DNA from: Octopus sinensis
Taxonomy: Eukaryota
Assembly: GCF_006345805.1 (NCBI RefSeq)
Contig: NC_043019.1
Location: forward strand, 26,535,360 to 26,599,359
Reading direction: 5' to 3'
Length of the DNA: 64,000 bases
Positions 37,651 through 50,907 of the stretch are shown in pieces. Both the position numbers and the translations under genes were made by a program. The notes below the pieces were generated by a model. That model had not been told where the DNA came from and ran no database searches. It was given only the letters and a program-made list of their open reading frames with translations. Numbering within the stretch: the stretch's first letter is position 1; every line of letters begins with the position of its first letter.

Positions 37651-38702
37651 TTTAGTTATTTCCACACGCACATTCCATCTATCTTCACACACACAAACAT
37701 ACACGCACACTCACACACACAATTCCCATCTATCTGTCTATCTGTGTATACACTCACACGCGACTTTATCATTTTCCATCCTTCTTGGGTCGATACAACT
37801 TTATCAGTGAGGTAGATTATAAATCCATCGTCTCTCTCTCTCTCTCTCTCTCTCTCCCCACCTTCTCCACTTCCTCCCTCTCCCGTTAAGTCCTGACTTC
37901 CCCGTTATCTTATTCACCACCCCAACTCTGACCTCCTACTACACCTACAACCCCTCTCTCTCACTTCCTACTCCACCTTATTCGCTCGCACTTTTTCATT
38001 ATTCTTCTCTTTCCTCCTCCCCCACACTTAATCTCGTCCCGTAATTTCCCTTTGTTGTATCTGTTCCTCGCCTGCCCCCATTTCACAATTTTATGTAAAC
38101 TTTTTCTCCGTCTTCGACACATCCGATACTCTTTACATACTGTCACCATCTCTCTCTCACTTTCTTTCTCTCTCTCTCTCTCTCTCTCTGTTTGGCAAAC
38201 TTTTACTATCTCTGTTCTCTTTCTCTCTCTCACAGAATAGTGTCTCTCTTTCCCGGTCTAACTTTTACATTCTCTGTCCTCTTTCTCTCTCTTTCTCACA
38301 CAAGAACATACTCTCACTTTCTTTCATTCTTTCTCTCTCACTCTTCCACACACACACACAAACAACTACCACATCTTGCCCCCACTCCTTCTCTACGGTC
38401 AACGTTCTCATGCTCTCTCTCTCTCTTACACATACACACGCAAACAGACACACCGTTTCGCTACAAACTACCTTACAAATTTTCTTTCTCTGCCGTTATC
38501 TTTCACTGTCTCTCTTCTTTCTCCCCTACTCTCTCACATACACACATATATACATCTACATATATAAGCATCACCGAAACATCAGAGCAAAAATTCCGGT
38601 GGTTTCTATTACTTCAGATCGCGACGTCTTACAATTGTCGTCTGCTTTTATTTATAAAACGAAACCACATTAAACAGAACAAACACAAAAATCATTTTCG
38701 AA

Positions 38703-38865
38703 ATGAAGAAGTTTACAATTAATGACTCCATGGGGACTGACGACAAATCTCGTAAAAAACGCAAAAGAGCAATAATATGTCTGGTTATTTTCATAATCAT
38801 TGTTCTTTCGTTAGGCCTAGGGATACTAGTTCACTACTTATTAAAGGATAAACCCCAACCGACTG
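38703..38865 (+). CDS. First coding exon of a type II membrane protein (M1 aminopeptidase-like)
   Basis: MKKFTIND..KSRKKRKR-AIICLVIFIIIVLSLGLGILVHYLL-KDKPQPT: basic cluster plus hydrophobic helix. Donor G|GTAAGT at 38866, phase 1. Confidence 0.75.
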
Positions 38866-39240
38866 GTAAGTACTCTGTTCTACCATTTATCCATTGCTTG
38901 CTAAAAATATTAATCAAACCTTTCCTAAATCGCAACCACTTGTCTTTAACCCTTTGTATCCCCGAAGCATTTTCATATGTTGGTCCTAATTGTCTATTCT
39001 TGTTTTCTTCAGACATTTAGTTAGCCTTTGTGTCATACGTTTTTGAGTAATACAAAGGCAACTTTTATTAAGTCCCAGGTTATTCTGATCAACTCCTTCG
39101 CGTGGCTTTTAGAGGCCCCTTGCAACATTTTGTTTCGAGGCGCCATCAAAATTCATAATCTACGCACCTTTTATTCGTAGCTATATTTTACTTTATTCTA
39201 TCTGAAGTTCAATCTTTCACGTTATCCTTTGGAACATCTT

Positions 39241-39670
39241 GAATAGTACAAGTTATATTTATTTACAAATTTCATCAAGCAAAACATCCAGATATGAATA
39301 AAAGAGCACTTTTATAATCCAGGCAACTTTCAAAGACAAACACAGCGCACTTTCGCTTCGCGAAATCATTGATCACTTCAAAATAATCAAGCTGAGAGCA
39401 AAGTTCGTGTTCAACAGATATCACAGACAATCCACAAAGTCTGCTACACGTTCGAAGTACAATGTAATATTTTTACAAGAACTTTGGCAGGTACAATGTA
39501 TCACTATTTTATTTCTTGAAATTTTCAGTTAACATGGGTGATTTAATTCTTGTTCAAGATTTTAACCAAAGAAAATAGATGAGTCATCAACGTACTTTGA
39601 TCTTTACATGGGACCCTCCAACCGCGGAAGTCCTCTGCGACCGCAGGGTTTGCAGGGGCTTAGCGACGAC
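39241..39670 (-). repeat. Dispersed repeat (copy 2, uninterrupted), inverted relative to copy 1
   Basis: Colinear reverse complement of 35218-36066 minus the MITE. Confidence 0.85.
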
Positions 39671-40659
39671 CCTGATTCTGATAGTTGGATAAAAATTAGG
39701 AATGTGTATCATATATGATTTATGGACGATAAGGAAATACGACCCGCGTATCACATGCAACGTGGAGGCGCATGACTTAGTGGTTAGGGTGCTGGACTTA
39801 CGATCGTAAGATTGTGGTTTCGATTCCTGGACCGGACACTGGGTTGTGTTCTTGAGCAAAACACTTCATTTCGCGGGGGTGAAAATGAGTAATCCTACGA
39901 TGGACCGATGTCTCGTCCAGCGAGGAATATATACATTCAGAGAAATCGGTCCTAAGCTCTTTGCGGAATAACATGGACTAACCATCACATGTAATACACG
40001 AAACAGACAAAGTGTTAGAATAAAGAACGACACACGGACAATGATAGAGCAAAATAGACAGAATGGTTCAAGGCGGGAATGCTTTTGATAATCGCTCATC
40101 GTTATTACCATTGTAGTCATCATTATATCATCAACATTATTTATCTATTCATTTATTGTTTAACCCGAGGTCAATCTTGTCGGGCAGACTTTAGTTCAAA
40201 GACATTCTTATTTCTTCATTGCCCACAAGGGGCTAAACATAGAGAGGACAAACAAGGACATTAAGTCGATTACATCGACCCTAGTGCGTAACAGGTACTT
40301 AATAGGCGGCGAGCTGGCAGAAACGTTAGCACGCCGGGCGAAATGCGCAGCCGTATTTCGTCTGCCGGTTACGTTCTGAGTTCAAATTCCGCCGTGGTCG
40401 ACTTTGCCTTTCATCCTTTCGGGGTCGATAAATTAAGCACCAGTTACGCACTGGGGTCGATGTAATCGACTTAATCCGTTTGTCCCCTCTGAGTTTAGCC
40501 CCTTGTGAGTAGTAAAGAAATAATTTATCGACCCCGAAAGGATGAAAGGCAAAGTCGACCTCGGCGGAATTTGAACTCAGAATGTAACGGCAGACGAGAT
40601 ACCGCTAAGAATTTCGCCCGGCGTGCTATCGTTTCTGCCAGCTCGCCAAAGACATTGTA

Positions 40660-41070
40660 GCCATGCATTTCTCGTCAACTATTTATACACACACGATGGG
40701 TTTCTTCATCTAATAAATTCCATCGGCAAACTAACGGTCATGTCAAAGCCAAAGTAGAGCTAACACTTGGCCAATGGGCCGTACAGTGGGACCGAACTTG
40801 AAGCCACGTATTTATGAAACCGTGCCCCCCACCACACACTCATAACGTATTTTATCAAAAAATTTGCGTTGTGCGTCTGTGGTAAGAAGTTTGCTTCATC
40901 AGACCATATTTTTTCGAAAATGAAGAGGGGATCACAACGGCAGTTTGGATCGATACGTTGAGATGTTTTCGTTGCACCTGCATTGAACAATCTTCAGTAA
41001 CTTCACGATGGTGCGACATCGCACACTAAAAGGCAATCAATGGCAGCTGTGCAAGATTTGTTCGGTAACC
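40660..41070 (-). pseudogene. Tc1/mariner transposase remnant
   Basis: KIWSDEANF..VMSVWWG resembles the first catalytic-Asp motif (SDEAxF..VWCG). Heavily degraded. Confidence 0.4.
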
Positions 41071-41269
41071 GTGCCATCCCAAGATTCGGTGACATTTTCC
41101 TGTTTTTTGTTGGTTTTTTTCAACGGTTCCCATTTTTTTTTGGAGTGGGGGGGGGGGTCACCCTGTATAACGGGCTTCTTTCAATTTCCGTCTACCAGAC
41201 CCACAGGCAGGCTACGCTTCGTTGGTGTTCAGTGTGTCTGTATACTGTCACGTGACGAAGACTATTTAA

Positions 41270-41483
41270 CCCATTAAGTCCCACTGTCCTATAAATAGGA
41301 CACTAAACGAGAACATTAAATAAGCTATATCACATTGTGTCAGTGTCCTATTTATAGGACACCAAGTATTTCCATTTCTACTTGAAGTAAAGGAGTTTTT
41401 TTTTTCATTTTAACCTGTTTTCAATCATTTCTAAAAATTTAAAAGTAATATTCAGAAATTTAAGTATTCTGGGACTTAATGGG
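41270..41483. mobile_element. piggyBac-type MITE
   Basis: TTAA|CCCATTAAGTCCCA ... TGGGACTTAATGGG|TTAA, with inverted internal palindromes GTCCTATAAATAGGAC / GTCCTATTTATAGGAC. Confidence 0.85.
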
Positions 41484-43061
41484 TTAAGGTGTCATCACGT
41501 GACGACCACTAATTAAGGTAAGTAACTATGGTGTGTCGATAAACGGTTTCAGAGACTGTAGTTTGGGTTAGTATCGTACTCACACACATATATATGTAAA
41601 CAGAGTTAGTGGTTATATAACCGACTAAGGGATAAAATATCCGTATGTATTATCGGTATCAGTTACCCGTATTATAACCGGCATTGGTTGCGGAAACGGC
41701 CGTAAGATTTGTTACGTCATCTATATGTTTTATTTTATTTTATCTAGTTTCAGCTCACGAGCTGTGGCCATGCTGGGGCACCATTAAAACAGCTATAAAT
41801 ATGGTCCAATCAATGTGATTGTCAATCCGAGGTCTTCTCCATTTTCTGACTATCTATCTATCTATCTATCTATCATATACAAGAATATACTTGCTATCTG
41901 CGTCTGTGATTGCCCCCCCCACTATCACTTGACAACCGATGTTGGTGTGTTTACGTCCCCGTCACTTAGCGGTTCGTCAAAAAGAGTCCGATAGAATAAG
42001 CACTAGGCTTAGAAAGAATAAGTCCTCGGGTGGATTTCTTCGACTAAAGACGGTGCTCCAGTCAAATGACTGAAACAAACAGAAGAATAACTAGGCGACG
42101 AGGTGGCAGAGTGGTTAACGCGCCGAGCAGAATGCTTAGCAGCACTTCGTCCGTCATTACGTTCGGAGTTCAAATTCGACTTTGCCTTTCATTCTTTCAG
42201 AGTTCATAAAAAGAAGTCCCAGTTGAACAATGAAGTCGATGTCATCGACCTGACCCCCCTCCTTCGAAACTGCTGGCCTTGTACTAAAATTTGAAGCCTA
42301 ATTAATTAACCTCACTGACAAAAAAAAAAGAAAAAAAAAAGCAAATCAACAAAATAGTAGTTATACAGGTTTTATTTCTCTTCCTAACGGTTCCAAAAAT
42401 TGTGTTAATTAACAATAAAAAAAAATTAAAACAAAATATATTCACATTTTAATTATTTAAATTAGGTTCTCTACAAGCCGCGCTTTGTTTCTCATATTTA
42501 CGTTTGGTCCCAACCACCCCCTTCCATCTTTCCATTCACTCCTCCTCCTCCTCCCCCTCGACAACAACAACACCCCCGCCCCCACCACCACTCCAGTTCA
42601 AATTATTGTTTCTTCCTCCTCCTCCTCCTCTTTCAGCCACATGCATATTTGTTACAAAGTTTCTTCAACCAACTAGAAATCGTAGCTAAGTTCTTCCTCG
42701 AATGTCAGCCCGTCGTCGTTTGTTTATTATTATTCTTTTATCTGTTTCAGTCATTTGACTTGCGGCCATGCTGGAGCACCGCCTTTTTTAGTCGAACAAA
42801 ATCATCGACCCTGGGACTTATTATTCTTTGCAAGCCTAGTACTTATTCTATCCGTCTCTTTTGCCGAACCGTTAAGTTACGGGGATGTAAACACACCAAC
42901 ATCGGTTGTCAAGTGATGTTGGGGGGACAAACACAGACACACAAACACATATACATATATATATATACACACGACAGGACTGAACCCGGAACCATGTAAT
43001 TGGTAAGCAAGCTACTTACCACATACCCACCATTTTTTTTGGTCTCTTAAATATTCTCTCT

Positions 43062-43460
43062 TTTCTCTTTTACTTGTTTCAGTCATTTGACTGCGGCCAT
43101 GCTGGAGCACCGCCTTTAGTCGAGCAAATCGACCCCGGGACTTATTCTTTGTAAGCCCAGTACTTATTCTATCGGTCACTTTTGCCGAACCGCTAAGTTA
43201 CGGGGACGTAAACACACCAGCATCGGTTGTCAAGCAATGCTAGGGGGACAAACACAGACACACAAACATATACACACCCACTTATATACATATATACGAC
43301 AGGCTTCTTTCAGTTTCCGTCTACCAAATCCACTCACAAGGCATTGGTCGGCCCGGGGCTATAGCAGAAGACACTTGCCCAAGATGCCACGCAGTGGGAC
43401 TGAACCCAGAACAATGTGGTTGGTTAGCAAGCCACTTACCACACAGCCACTCCTGCGCCT
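43062..43460 (-). mobile_element. tRNA-derived CORE-like SINE (family B), representative full-length copy
   Basis: Head GGCGCAGGAGTGGCTGTGTGG..GGGTTCAGTCC, CORE-like CTTGGGCAAGTGTC, central microsatellite, tail GGCGGTGCTCCAGCATGGCCGCAGTCAAATGACTGAAAC. More than 15 further full or partial copies in the window (e.g. 15985, 18330, 20350, 30200, 33750, 34325, 42735, 55865, 56265). Confidence 0.85.
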
Positions 43461-44108
43461 ATATATACTGCATTTTGTGGCATTATTTCAAGCCAGCCGG
43501 CTTTTTTTTTTGCACAAACTGCACGTTCATTTTTCTCGCGTACGCGTAGTATCGATCGCAACAGCTGATGTATTTGCGCGTACAAATGCACGTTCCCACG
43601 GCTTTATCAATCGCTTTCTTACCTGGAATCGATTTTTGCAATTTTTTCAAGACTTATACACGCCCTGATACCGTCGGTATCTACGTATCAAAATTGAGTG
43701 CAATCGGATGGAGGATGCCCGAGATCCTAGAACACACACACACACAGAACAGATTTTATATAATAGATATACAAGTAAAAGTAAGATCCAAGGATCGTGG
43801 TGTAGGAAGTCAGTAAGCTTCAAGCAGTCTGTAGAAGGTATAGAAAACAACTTTCAGGAACAGTAGCGGTTTCTTAACGTAGAGGGTTGTAAAGTTTCCC
43901 CGTATCGAAAGTTCAATAAGCTGAAAAAAGTTATTTTATAGTCCACGGTTAGCAGCTGGGGTTGATGTGTATGCGAATAAAAAATCCAGAATTAGGGAAC
44001 ACAGTTGATAAAATCCAGGCTACACATCTACTCCATTCACTAATTTTGGACCGCTGAACTCTACAAGACGTTTTTCATTCTCTCTATCTCTGTTTATTTC
44101 CTCTTATT

Positions 44109-44146
44109 CCTTTCTGCTGAAGAGCGTAGGCTCGAAACATAAAATA
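44109..44146 (+). ncRNA. Minimal hammerhead-like motif, GAGC/GCTC family, copy 2
   Basis: CCTTT CTGCTGA A GAGC-GTAG-GCTC GAAAC AT A AAATA. Downstream sequence is shared with 30990-31090 (rc). Confidence 0.4.
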
Positions 44147-44930
44147 CTTTTTTCATTTTTCCCGAGCGTCAAACTAATACACTTGCTTGTTGTTCATACA
44201 CCTGTCTTCGTCTTTATATATATATATATAGCGTGAAAACATGGACAGGTTGGTCATGTTAGGGAGGTCTTTGATTATTGGTCAGCTGGATCAGAGACAA
44301 CCTTGGGTTAAAAAACAATACCAACAACAATAATTTACTTCAATGTATTCCGTTACAGTTAATCTCTCCCCCACCCCCGTTACACTTAATACACCAACCA
44401 ACCTTATACTATTTGGTTGTGTATCACTATTGCTACTTAGCTCTACGTCCACCTTGGTCAAGATGGAGATTAAGGGACCAAAATTCACTCGAGCCGTGCC
44501 CACCCCATCCATTTCCATCTTTCATTAGGAATTGAGTAATCCTCATTACATTATCCGATGTCTCCGTTTCTTTTAAATAATCGTTCCAGCGGCAGGGGTT
44601 GCTCGGTGGTTAAAATGCTTGCTTTGTAAACCACGTGGTTTCCGGTTCAATTTCACTATGTGGCATCTTCTTCTCTGCTACAGCTCCTGGGGGGGGGGGG
44701 CGACTGATGTCTTGTGTGAGTGAATTTCGAGAGAAGAAAACTGTGCGGAAGCCCGTCACACGGACACAGACATACGGACGAGCGCGCACTTTCTCCCTGC
44801 TCCACCACTTGAAAACCGATGTTGGTTTGTTTACATTCCTGCAATTTAGCCGTTCGACAAAATAAACCGATACATTGTAGTAGTAGTAGTAGTGATTTTA
44901 TTTGGAGGAGCAGTAGTAGTAATAGCATTG

Positions 44931-44965
<35 letters not shown>

Positions 44966-45388
44966 GGTGGTGGTGATGATGATGCTAGTAGTAGTAGTCT
45001 CAGTTGCTGTTTCACGACATTGTTATCAACATTATAGATTACAGATAAGTAAAGTAAGAGGTTTATCTCAGCCGACGTTTTTCTTGGAAAACAAAACCTC
45101 ACTATCATTGCTTATTTATTTATTCAAAGCAGGGGTTCTCAACCATTTTTTTTTTTTTTATCTATGATTACTGTTTTATTCTGGTGGCCCCACCCCGCCA
45201 TGGCCATTCAATGTTTTAAAACTACTTTTATAGAAATTTCTTTAAAAATTCCTATTTTATTTTTTTTTCTCACGTTAACTTGTGTAGAGAAGTGCCAGAG
45301 AAAGAAACCTTGCTGTGTGTGTGTTTTTTTTTTAACAATACAGACATCTAAAACAAGACTTTTTCATGGACCCTTAAAATACTCAGTG

Positions 45389-45710
45389 AGGGCGCGTGGC
45401 TTAGTAGTTAGGGCATTCGGCTCATGATCGTAAGGTTGTGAGTTCGTTTCCCGGCGACGCGTTGTGTCCTTGAGCAAGACACTTTATTTCACGTTGCTCC
45501 AGTCCACTCAGCTGGCAAAAATGAGTTGTACCTGTATTTCAAAGGGTCAGCCTTGTCACTCTCTGTGTCACGCTGATTATCCCCGAGAACTACGTTAAGG
45601 GTACACGTGTCTGTGGAATGCTCAGCCATTTGCACGTTAATCTCACGAGCAAGCTGTTCCGTTGATCGTATCAGCTGGGACCCTCGTCGTCGTAACCGGC
45701 GGAGTAAAGA
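45389..45710 (+). mobile_element. tRNA-derived SINE (family C)
   Basis: GGCGCGTGGCTTAGTAGTTAGG..GAGTTCGTTTCCC head and TGTGTCCTTGAGCAAGACACT. Related pieces at ~39768-39990 and 52985-53140. Confidence 0.7.
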
Positions 45711-47721
45711 GAAAATACTCAACCATTTTTTTCTTCTATCTATCCTTAAATCCTTAAAAATGCTTCAGCCCGAACTATTTTATTCTGGTGGACTCCCATG
45801 ACTATTCAATGTTTAAAAACTAGTTCTTTAGAAACTTCTTTAAAAATTCCAATTTTGTTTTTCGCACATTAACTTGTGTAGGTTGATCGATGTTAAACAT
45901 TGAAGAAACCTCGCTGTTTCTTGCAATACGCAACACTATATACATCTATAGTAAAATTTTTCAGAGGTCCTTCAAATACTCTTGTGGGTACCCAATTGAC
46001 TATTTTGCTGTGTGGAACCCCAAAAATCTTATATGGACCCTCAGGGGCCATATGGAGCCCAGTTGAAAGCTCCTGATTTAAACCATCTCCCTCCGTTTTG
46101 TTTCATCATGTTGGTAAAATGAAGGTAACTATTGCAGAATATGGCGATGAAACAGGATGCAGGTGCAACACAAAATAGTGTCTTGCTCAAGAACACAATA
46201 TACAGCCCGGTCTGGGAATCGAACTCCCCTACATCATAATTAGCGTATCGCCAGCATGGCGTAGGTGTGTCACGAACGTACGGAAAACCAATATATAGAA
46301 TACCCAATACCAATTTGTTTCAACTTTTCAGAATCTGTTTATTAGCATAGCGAACATGTCAATGCATGTACCTACCGGCTATCGTTTCTTACTTAATGTT
46401 TGGAGGCGAGATTAAAAAAAAAAAAGCCACGGGTAACTTTCATTACATAACGCACGTTTTCATTATATTTCATTCAGTCTAAAAGAATATTGCAAAGCGC
46501 TATTGTCTGAAGTAAATTTAAAATCGATTAAAAAATGTTCAAATCCGCACCTGTTTTAGTGAATACACTGCAACTGGTTTCAAATTGCCAGCATTTATTG
46601 CTTACCTATAATGGTATTACGCATTACTGAGGGTGAACTAATAATTATGAAATCACAATAAAACTCTTGCCACACTTGTCCCTTTGTTCATTAAGGAACC
46701 GGATGTTCTAATTAAATGCAACATGCCATTTCTAATTTTATCGTGATTACTGATGGTGATATTAATTACATGTTTAGTTATCATAACTTTATGATAACTC
46801 AGTTTCATTCATAAATTGTATTTAAATTACCCATGTTGTTGTTTGTTCCTTCTCGAGCCGTGAATGGTGGCTCGTAAGGGCTGGTTTCCCGGTTTCATTG
46901 GAGTATAGGTTTCCCGCCTGGACGGGACGCCGGTCCGTCGCAAGTGAGCTGCTGGATGCAGGAGGAAAGAGTGAGAAAAATTTGTGGCGAAAGAGTCAGC
47001 AGAAGTTCGCCATTACCTTCTGTCGGAGCCGCGTGGAGCTTAGGTGTTTCACTCATAAACACACACATCGCTCGACCTGAGATTCGAACCCGCGATCCCT
47101 CGACCGGGAGTCCGCTGCTCTAACCACTAGGCCATTTGCCTCCACTAAATTCAGAAGAAGACATTTCCAATGAACAAAATTCAGCAGCTACAAAGGAAAC
47201 CACTCAAACGACTGTTGAACGCCCTGCATCAGTGAGTGAGAAGGGCACAGGAAAAATGTTTAAGCCTCGTTTATACAACAAAGATTATATAAAACTGGGA
47301 TTCACATTTTCTGGAAATGAAAACAACCCCAGTCCCCTGTGTTTAGTTTGTGGGGATATACTTGCAAACGAAAGTATGGTACCAAACAAAGTGTCATTTC
47401 AGTACTAGGCAGGGAAATTTGTCAACAAAGCCTGTGGAATACTTCATTGGACTTTCAAAATATCTAAGAAAAAAAAAAAAAAAAAAAGCAGGCTTCGATG
47501 TTCACAAAGAGAATGAAGACATCAGACAAAGCTCAAGGGACAAGTTACTTAGTTGCTCAAATAATTTCCAAAAACAAGGAACGATATAGTATTGCTGAAA
47601 GGAATTTTGCTGTGTGATTGTTCGAACAATATTTGGACCCGAATTTGAGGCAGAAGTTAATAAAATTTCTCTGGCAGATAACACAATTGGAAGATGAATT
47701 CAAGATGTCTAATGACATTAA

Positions 47722-48838
47722 CCCTTTCGTTACCAAACCGCCCAAAGCCGCCCGAAAAAAATTTTGGTTAATGTGACCAAACCGCCCGAAGCCGTCCGAT
47801 TTTACCTCTTCATATTTAAATGAGAATATCAGAGCAAATCTCTTTAGTACATTCGTGAAAACACGTGATTATGCTTCGTAAACAGTTCATCTACAGTTTT
47901 GTACAAAGATCGACGTGTAATTTTAATTCCCTGAATTTTGGTAGATTTTTTTCCACATTTTTTTCGGCATCGATTTCTCTTCAACTTTGAAAATGGATTG
48001 GAGTTTCATGTTATCAAGCTTTGATTCTGAATTGGAAAATTTGTGAAGCAAATACTGGGTACTGTTGTGGATTTAGTTTTTATACAGGGAAACTAATGTT
48101 AGTCAGCATGGCTTAGAGTATGATGTGGTCTGGAAATTATTGTTTGAAGCGATCAATGCGGAAACAAACCTACGCAAAATGTAAACAAACACAAAATGGG
48201 GGTTCAAATTTCGGAAAATTTGTGAAGCAAATACTGGGTACTGCGTGGATTTAGTTTTTATACAGGGAAAATAATGTTAGTCAGCATGGCCTAGGGAACG
48301 ATGTGGTCTGGAATTTATCACTTCTATACTATAATCAGGGCCGTATATTATTTTTTGACCGATTTCTTTAGTTCGGTCAAACTTGCGGTGGATTCCAGTA
48401 TTTCACTTTATTCCACATTTATGGTACACCTGTTGTGCATTAAATTCAACTGATGATATAGTGATGTGCACAATTCTTCTTTATCAAAATTTTGTTGCAT
48501 ACCCATTTGAATATTAGCTGATGATTCATTTTCTATGGTGATGTTTAAACAAAATTTTAATATTTTTACCTTTTGCTCAATTAAAAATTTTAATATTTTT
48601 ACCTTTTGCTCAATTTACCTGGATTTACCTGTAATTAAAGTCACTTTGAGACAAAAGTTATGCAATAGAATTGATTAAGAACCCTTTCTTTAATTATGTT
48701 CCAAATATCACATTAATATGTTGATAAGTAAAAAAGTTACAGTTATTTAATGAAACAAGCCTAGATTCATGATTATTTTAGAATTTAATTGAAACTCATG
48801 AGGGGTGTATTTTGGTCAGAAATATAGTAACGAAAGGG
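47722..48838 (+). mobile_element. Internally deleted piggyBac element nested in the hAT
   Basis: TTAA|CCCTTTCGTTAC ... GTAACGAAAGGG (right flank CAAA). Internal transposase remnant HGLGNDVVWNL..NQGRILFFDRF, partly duplicated (~48030-48140 and 48213-48320). Confidence 0.75.
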
Positions 48839-49418
48839 CAAATGAAGAATATTATTGCAGTTAGACGAATCAACAGATGTCAGTGGGTTAAGCACAATTG
48901 ATGGGTTTTATACGTTTTTATTCGTAATGACAGAATTATTGAGCAATTCTTGTGTTGTCTAGAACTTCTACTGAGAACTAGAATTGAAGACAATTTTCAA
49001 GCTTTAAATTTCTTCATGAAGGAAAATAATTTGTTATGGTCAAACTGTGTAGGAATATTCACAGATGGCGCACCCTCGATGGCAGGGTCAATAAAAGGTT
49101 TTATAAATTTAGCAAAAGAAGAGAATCCAAATATTATAATTACTCATTGTTTTTTTGCATGGAGAATCGTAAATTGCGCAAATTGTTGAAGATGAGTTAC
49201 GAAGAATTATAAATGAAGTGGTTCAAATGGTCAATTACATCAAAAGTAGACCTCTTAAATCAAGCTTATATGCTCATATTTGTGAAGAAGTGGGAACAAA
49301 TTTCAAGAAACTTCTGCTACGCACGAAGGTTCGTTGGCTTTCAAAAGGTTGTGTGATTTGTCGTGTATAAGAATTGAGAGAAATGATGCTTAAACTTTTT
49401 GAAGAAAATCAACAGAAT

Positions 49419-49809
49419 AGGCGTAGGAGTGGCTGTGTGGTAAGAAGCTTGCTTACCAACCACATAGTTCCGGGTTCAGTCCCACTGCGTGGCACCTTGG
49501 GCAAGTGTCTTCTACTATAGCCTCGGGCCGACCAAAACCTTGTGAGTAGATTTGGTAGACGGAAACTGAAAGAAGCCCGTCGTATATACGTATATATATG
49601 TGTTTGTGTGTCTGTGTTTGTCCCCACAACATCGCTTGACAACCGATGCTGGTGTGTTTACGTCCCCATAACTGAGTGGTTCGGCAAAAGAAACCGATAG
49701 AATAAGTACTAGGTTTACAAAGAATAAGTACTGAGGTCGAGTTGCTCAACTAAAGGCGGTGCTCCAGCATGGCCACAGTCATACGATTAAAGCAAGTAAA
49801 AGAGTAGAA
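49419..49809 (+). mobile_element. Family B SINE nested in the hAT
   Basis: Flanked by an AGAAT duplication. Removing it restores the frame EENQQNEIHNLIQD. Confidence 0.85.
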
Positions 49810-50527
49810 TGAAATTCACAATCTGATTCAAGATGAACTTTGGTGCATCAGATTGGCAAATCTTTCGGACATATTTGAACATTTGAATAAAATTAACACA
49901 AGTATACAGGGAAAAGCAGAAAATATCTTAACATCGGCTGATAAAATTTGTGCTATGAAAGACAATTTGGAAGCGTAAAGTAAAAGGAAGAAATTTTGAA
50001 ATGTTTTCCAAAACTTGTGAATACGAGCTAAAATATGAGATCATCTCGTTAAATGTTGACCGTTTAACATTGCTTAGAGTAAAACTTGATTATTATTTCC
50101 CAAATATTGAAATCCAAAAATACGATTGGATCAGAAATCCATTTCTTTCAACTGTAACGATTGATTTTTCACTTACCAAAAAAAAGAAGACCTAGCTGAA
50201 ATCAAGAGTACTCGGTGTCTGTTATTGATTTATGAAAAAAGCGAATTTACAGATCTTTTGGCTTCATGTTTCAAAGAAGCATCCAAACCTAGCTAAAAAA
50301 AAAAACATAATAAAGCTTTACAAATTCTTTTGCAGTTTTCTACTGCACGCACTTGCGAAGCATCTTTTTCAGTAACGCTAAACTTAAAGACATCGAAACG
50401 TGGAAACTTGAAAATGCTTAACAGTGAAATGCGAGTGTCATTATCTAACATTCCATCAAATATTCAAAATCTCTGTCCTTCTCATCAACCTCATGTCTCT
50501 CACTGAAATACTAAGTTATAAAAGTTA

Positions 50528-50907
50528 TCTTTATATATAAAAGTGAAGTTGTGTGAGTGTCTGTCTCCTACGATTTAGATTCCTAACTACTCCCACATTT
50601 TGCGGTGCAGTTTAACCAAAACCGGGTATCTTATAGTTGTGATTCATATTGAGCCCTTCTGGGTATTAGCGCGCGTCTACGATTTTAAAAACAATTTACC
50701 ATTATTTTTTTCCATTTTAATGCATTTTTTCGCTATTATATAAGGGAAGTAACTCTCTAAAAATGTCTACGATGAGTGAACGATTTAAAAAAAAATTTAC
50801 CATAATTTTTTTTCCATTGTTTTTGCTATTTTTTGGCTATAACTCTCTAAAAATGCTTTATAGTTATTTCCCTTACAAACCCGAGCAACGCCGGGCGATA
50901 CTGCTAG
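50528..50907 (+). mobile_element. Non-autonomous Helitron, copy C
   Basis: A|TCTTTATATATAAAAGTG ... CCCGAGCAACGCCGGGCGATACTGCTAG|T, with a duplicated subterminal module. Confidence 0.85.

Larger units (their letters stand above)
47210..50506 (+). pseudogene. hAT (Buster/SPIN/ZBED5-type) transposase remnant with nested insertions
   Basis: YNKDYIKLGFT..PLCLVCG (BED-like), LDESTD-like region, CVGIFTDGAPSMAG, ITHCF, NYIKSRPL, VRWLSKG, LSDIFEHLN, YDWIRNPF, TCEASFS..MRVSLS. Many stops and frameshifts. Confidence 0.88.
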
